From Olavius algarvensis Gamma 3 endosymbiont (GTDB lineage: Bacteria; Pseudomonadota; Gammaproteobacteria; GCA-001735895): a DNA stretch of 64,000 nt. Numbering within the stretch: the first letter of the stretch is position 1; each line of letters begins with the position of its first letter. Below are positions 60,808 through 64,000 of this stretch, piece after piece. Position numbers and translations under genes: made by a program. The stretch lies in contig DS021198.1 of assembly GCA_001735895.1 (NCBI GenBank), positions 478,340-542,339 of the forward strand, in the 5' to 3' direction. Under the pieces are notes generated by a model. The model searched no databases. It had not been told where the DNA came from and saw only the letters and a list, made by a program, of their open reading frames with translations.

Positions 60808-61552
60808 AAAAATAGCGAGTCAATTGCCACTCTTTTTAGTGGACTGTGCTGGCGTCCAGTAGAATGCTCGCTGCCAGTTTCGACGCCTGAAAAATTTGCA
60901 CTGTCGTGCCGTCTCCTTCAGGTCTGTGCCAAGTTTTCAACACGGGCTTGGTTATCAGGGTTATCGGTTGCTTCCTCTTAATATTAAATTGTTAAATTGG
61001 AATTTCGAAAAATTTTGCCCCACTTCGTCGGAATCATTTCTAATCGTAGCCAACAGCTGCGGACTTAAGGTTTGCCAAATATTGTGGTTTAACAAGTATC
61101 TATCTTTGATGCTCATGAGCGTGTCGCAGCCGTTACCAGGCCTCCGGACACTCGCCGCGCCCCAGCGGCCACGCCCGCTTATGATATAGCGGCACAGGAA
61201 GCACAGATGGCGGAAAGTCAATTTCTTGCTCGGACGACCTGTCGTTGCTTGAGCCGGACGATGCATTAGCCGCGGGAAGTCGGCTTTGGCGTGGTCGATG
61301 AGCCAGTTGTATTGGCTGATAGAAAAATGCAAACACAAAAAATTAGCTATCGAACTCAAGTGGCAATCCCGTGCCGGACGGGAACTTGCCTGATTTGCTT
61401 AGATTCGACCGTCGCGCCGGCGATAGCGAGCAAGCTTCAAGAATTCGTCTTCATGTAGCAATGGTAAAGTCTGGGTCCTACTATAGAACTTTCGAAGTGC
61501 AGGGATAAAATCTATCCGCTAACGATTCGCTAGGCGTAGTCTTAATTTTTCT

Positions 61553-62182
61553 TCAAAATATCTTCACTTCGAACACATATATGAACAGGTAAACCTCGTA
61601 GTAGATCACCAGAAGATAGCCGGCGCAAAAAACTTGCAGCAGATGCTCTACATTATAAGACCGGAAAAACTTGCGGCGTGCGACGGCTGCGAGGACGAGT
61701 AGGGACGTGGCGGTGATACCGATTTTGACGGCTAGGAACAGATCGACACCCCGCTCCAACATCGATGCCATGAAGCCATTTGCTTCGTCCGCGCCGACCT
61801 GGAGTAAATTCAGCGTAAACAGCGCATCGGTACAACTGAGCAATAAAACACCCAACGAGAGATATAAGATCCGGGGTTCGTGCCAATCGAGCAAAAAGAG
61901 ATGCTGGTCGCTCGTTCGCCTGCTGCTGCGACGCCGTGGTCGGAAATTACCGTATAGGAAAGCCCGCCAAATACTGCCTCGCCGATCAATGGTTTGACGC
62001 CGTTCGGTGTGCAGCCCATATTCCGTTGTCTGGTCGCAGGTTAATCGTTCCAGCCCTATATTTGCTGATTGGGTCGGGTTTTTTGCATCCCGATTGTCTT
62101 TTTCGAGTCGACTCGATCGATAATTCTTTGCCATGAAAACCTTTGTTATTGAAATACGACATGGTCCTGAAATCTTACCCAT
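61553..62182 (-). CDS. membrane protein, DUF5658-like, with Arg-rich N-terminal region
   Basis: C-terminal half has 4 TM segments with CTDALFTLNLL...ANGFM. The start is uncertain (an alternative ATG is at 62134). Family call from memory. Confidence 0.5.
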   Translation of the reverse strand: MGKISGPCRISITKVFMAKNYRSSRLEKDNRDAKNPTQSANIGLERLTCDQTTEYGLHTERRQTIDRRGSIWRAFLYGNFRPRRRSSRRTSDQHLFLLDWHEPRILYLSLGVLLLSCTDALFTLNLLQVGADEANGFMASMLERGVDLFLAVKIGITATSLLVLAAVARRKFFRSYNVEHLLQVFCAGYLLVIYYEVYLFIYVFEVKIF

Positions 62183-62573
62183 ATGGGCGGACGATTAGAT
62201 TGATGGAGTTGGCATTCTGGAGATCACGCTTGTCTGTATAAGATTCGACCAACTTCGGTTTTTTGATGCAAGTAATCGAATACGAAATTTTTGGAGCCTG
62301 GCGCTTGGTTAGTAACTCAGGCGCTTTATGCCGGGAGAATGTCGTTACAGAGCAATTGCTGCGAATTATTAAGATTGTCTTTGACGCTTACTCGCACTGT
62401 CCGGGTACAGCGCTACGATTATCCTTCGTTATCTTCTCCACCCGAAAAAGCCTTATAAACCCACTATACTCATTGCAAGCTATTGCTGACGGAGCTTGAT
62501 CGAAGCTTAGCAACTTACGAAAAGCGGTCGCAAAAATTTGTAACCGAATACACCTATCGTTGAAATTCCTGCA

Positions 62574-63956
62574 TTGATTTTTACTTCATTAACTTACTTG
62601 GTTTTCTTCGCCGCGTTGCTGCTGGCCTACTGGTCGCTGAACCGTAAAAACCAGAATCTGTTGTTACTGGTCGGCAGTTTCATATTCTACGGCTGGATCA
62701 CGCCCTGGTTTTGCCTGCTGCTGGCCTCGTCGATAATAGTCGATTTCCACTGTGGCAGGGCGATCTTCAACAAGCCGCATCCAAAAAAATATCTGCTGAT
62801 CAGCATCTTTTTCAACCTTGCACTATTGGCTGTATTCAAGTATTGCAATTTTTTCATCGAGAATTTTATCGAGATATTCGATTTATTCGGATTTAACCCG
62901 TCGATCTCGGTACTCAATATTGTTTTGCCCGTCGGGATATCGTTTTATACCTTCCAGACCCTCAGCTATACCATCGACATCTACCGGGGTAAGCTCAAGC
63001 CAATCGACGACTTTGTCGCCTTCGCGGTATTTGTGTCGATGTTCCCGCAACTCGTCGCTGGCCCGATAGAGCGAGCCAGCAGCATGCTGCCGCAAATACT
63101 CGCCCAGCGTAATGTCGGCACGGAGGATATCAGCCGCGGGATTTACCTAATTTTCAGAGGCTATGTCAAAAAACTGGTGGTGGCCGACAATGTCGCGATA
63201 TACGTAGATAAGATCTTTTTACTCGAAACCGCCAATCCATTGATGATCGCGGTCGGGTCGCTAGGGTTCGGAATCCAGATTTATGCCGACTTTTCGGCTT
63301 ACACCGATATTGCCCGCGGTTCGGCCCGATTGCTCGGCATCCGTTTGATGGAAAATTTCAAGTCGCCTTATCTGGCTTGCAGCCCTTCGGATTTTTGGCG
63401 GCGTTGGCACATTTCCCTGTCTTCGTGGATTCGCGACTATTTGTATATTCCGCTGCGCGGTTCCGGCTCCGGTTCCCGGGCCAGGCTGTTGGCGGTGCTG
63501 GTTGTGACCATGGGTTTGAGCGGTTTGTGGCATGGCGCAGCCTGGAATTTCGTGCTCTGGGGCCTGTATCATGGATTGCTGTTGGTGATTTATCATAGCA
63601 TCGGTTTTAGCGGCGATACCCGACCCGCCACCTTGCCCGGCAGATTACTGGCGATTTCCATTATGTTCGTGCTGACCATGGCCGGATGGGCGTTGTTCAG
63701 AACCCCCAGTGTCGAATGGCTTTACGATTCACTGTTTGGGAGCGGCGCGGTGATCGACGTAGACAGCATCAACAGCGCCGCATATTTTTGCGCCCTGTTC
63801 GCCGTTTTTAGCATTCCCCTGTTTCTTTATAAACTGCCAACGCACCGGATCAGGTTCCAAAGCGCCTGGGTTACGTGCTGTATGCTGCTACCTTTGTTGT
63901 TGATCATTATTTTTCACCAGGAGAGTGCCGATGCCTTTATCTATTTTCAGTTCTAG
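62574..63956 (+). CDS. MBOAT-family O-acyltransferase (AlgI/DltB-like)
   Basis: 460-aa polytopic protein, TTG start, conserved WRRWHISLSSW and LWHGAAWNFVLWGLYHG motifs. Confidence 0.85.
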   Translation: MIFTSLTYLVFFAALLLAYWSLNRKNQNLLLLVGSFIFYGWITPWFCLLLASSIIVDFHCGRAIFNKPHPKKYLLISIFFNLALLAVFKYCNFFIENFIEIFDLFGFNPSISVLNIVLPVGISFYTFQTLSYTIDIYRGKLKPIDDFVAFAVFVSMFPQLVAGPIERASSMLPQILAQRNVGTEDISRGIYLIFRGYVKKLVVADNVAIYVDKIFLLETANPLMIAVGSLGFGIQIYADFSAYTDIARGSARLLGIRLMENFKSPYLACSPSDFWRRWHISLSSWIRDYLYIPLRGSGSGSRARLLAVLVVTMGLSGLWHGAAWNFVLWGLYHGLLLVIYHSIGFSGDTRPATLPGRLLAISIMFVLTMAGWALFRTPSVEWLYDSLFGSGAVIDVDSINSAAYFCALFAVFSIPLFLYKLPTHRIRFQSAWVTCCMLLPLLLIIIFHQESADAFIYFQF

Positions 63957-64000
63957 GGAGCGCCGGTTACGCGCATGACTGCACATCGCAAGATCCAGTT

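Noticed and set aside
60961-61359. 132-aa minus-strand ORF considered as a possible integrase or transposase remnant, given the nearby tRNA scar.
   Set aside because: No catalytic or HTH motifs are recognisable. It overlaps other equally poor ORFs in an AT-rich spacer.

Overview
This window looks like a moderately GC-rich gammaproteobacterial-type chromosome segment, mostly conserved housekeeping synteny. All calls come from motif and architecture recognition in the supplied ORFs and DNA; no database search was run. Layout: (i) 0.7-9.6 kb holds a LysR-associated catabolic cluster: SDR, cupin, thioesterase, ABC-2 transporter, an MttB-family methyltransferase and a DMGDH-like FAD/GcvT enzyme. 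(ii) 9.6-22.4 kb holds a DUF1127 gene, an EamA transporter, sseA, a HAD/HD pair, DUF523, hemF, tsaC, topA, smg, dprA and a LysM protein. (iii) 22.5-34.9 kb holds def-fmt-rsmB-DUF4390, an NtrY/NtrX-like pair, trkAH, ttcA, pip and dtd. (iv) 35-40.3 kb holds hisBHAFIE-tatABC. (v) 41.5-51.7 kb holds gpmI, a Crp-family regulator, yebC-ruvCAB and tolQRAB-pal-cpoB. (vi) 51.7-64 kb holds a decayed IS, tRNA-Lys(UUU) with an array of tRNA-derived repeats, then an accessory-looking block: a choice-of-anchor-B/LVIVD-type secreted protein, a periplasmic protein plus di-haem peroxidase pair, a NIT-domain chemoreceptor, a DUF5658-like membrane protein and an MBOAT acyltransferase. The observations I rate highest are listed here. 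(1) A two-copy ~248-bp MITE with perfect terminal inverted repeats and TA duplications; one copy sits in a CTAG shared by two convergent stop codons, the other lies inside the his operon. (2) The tRNA-Lys-derived repeat array. (3) A 16-bp tandem duplication that breaks rsmB. (4) A sensor kinase that has lost its N-box and its reading frame. (5) An unusually high density of reading-frame breaks, several at homopolymers, which may be sequencing error rather than biology. (6) A perfect CRP-type palindrome upstream of the DUF1127 gene. I saw no CRISPR array, rRNA gene or recognisable defence system, and I cannot point to a clearly novel multi-gene system with confidence.
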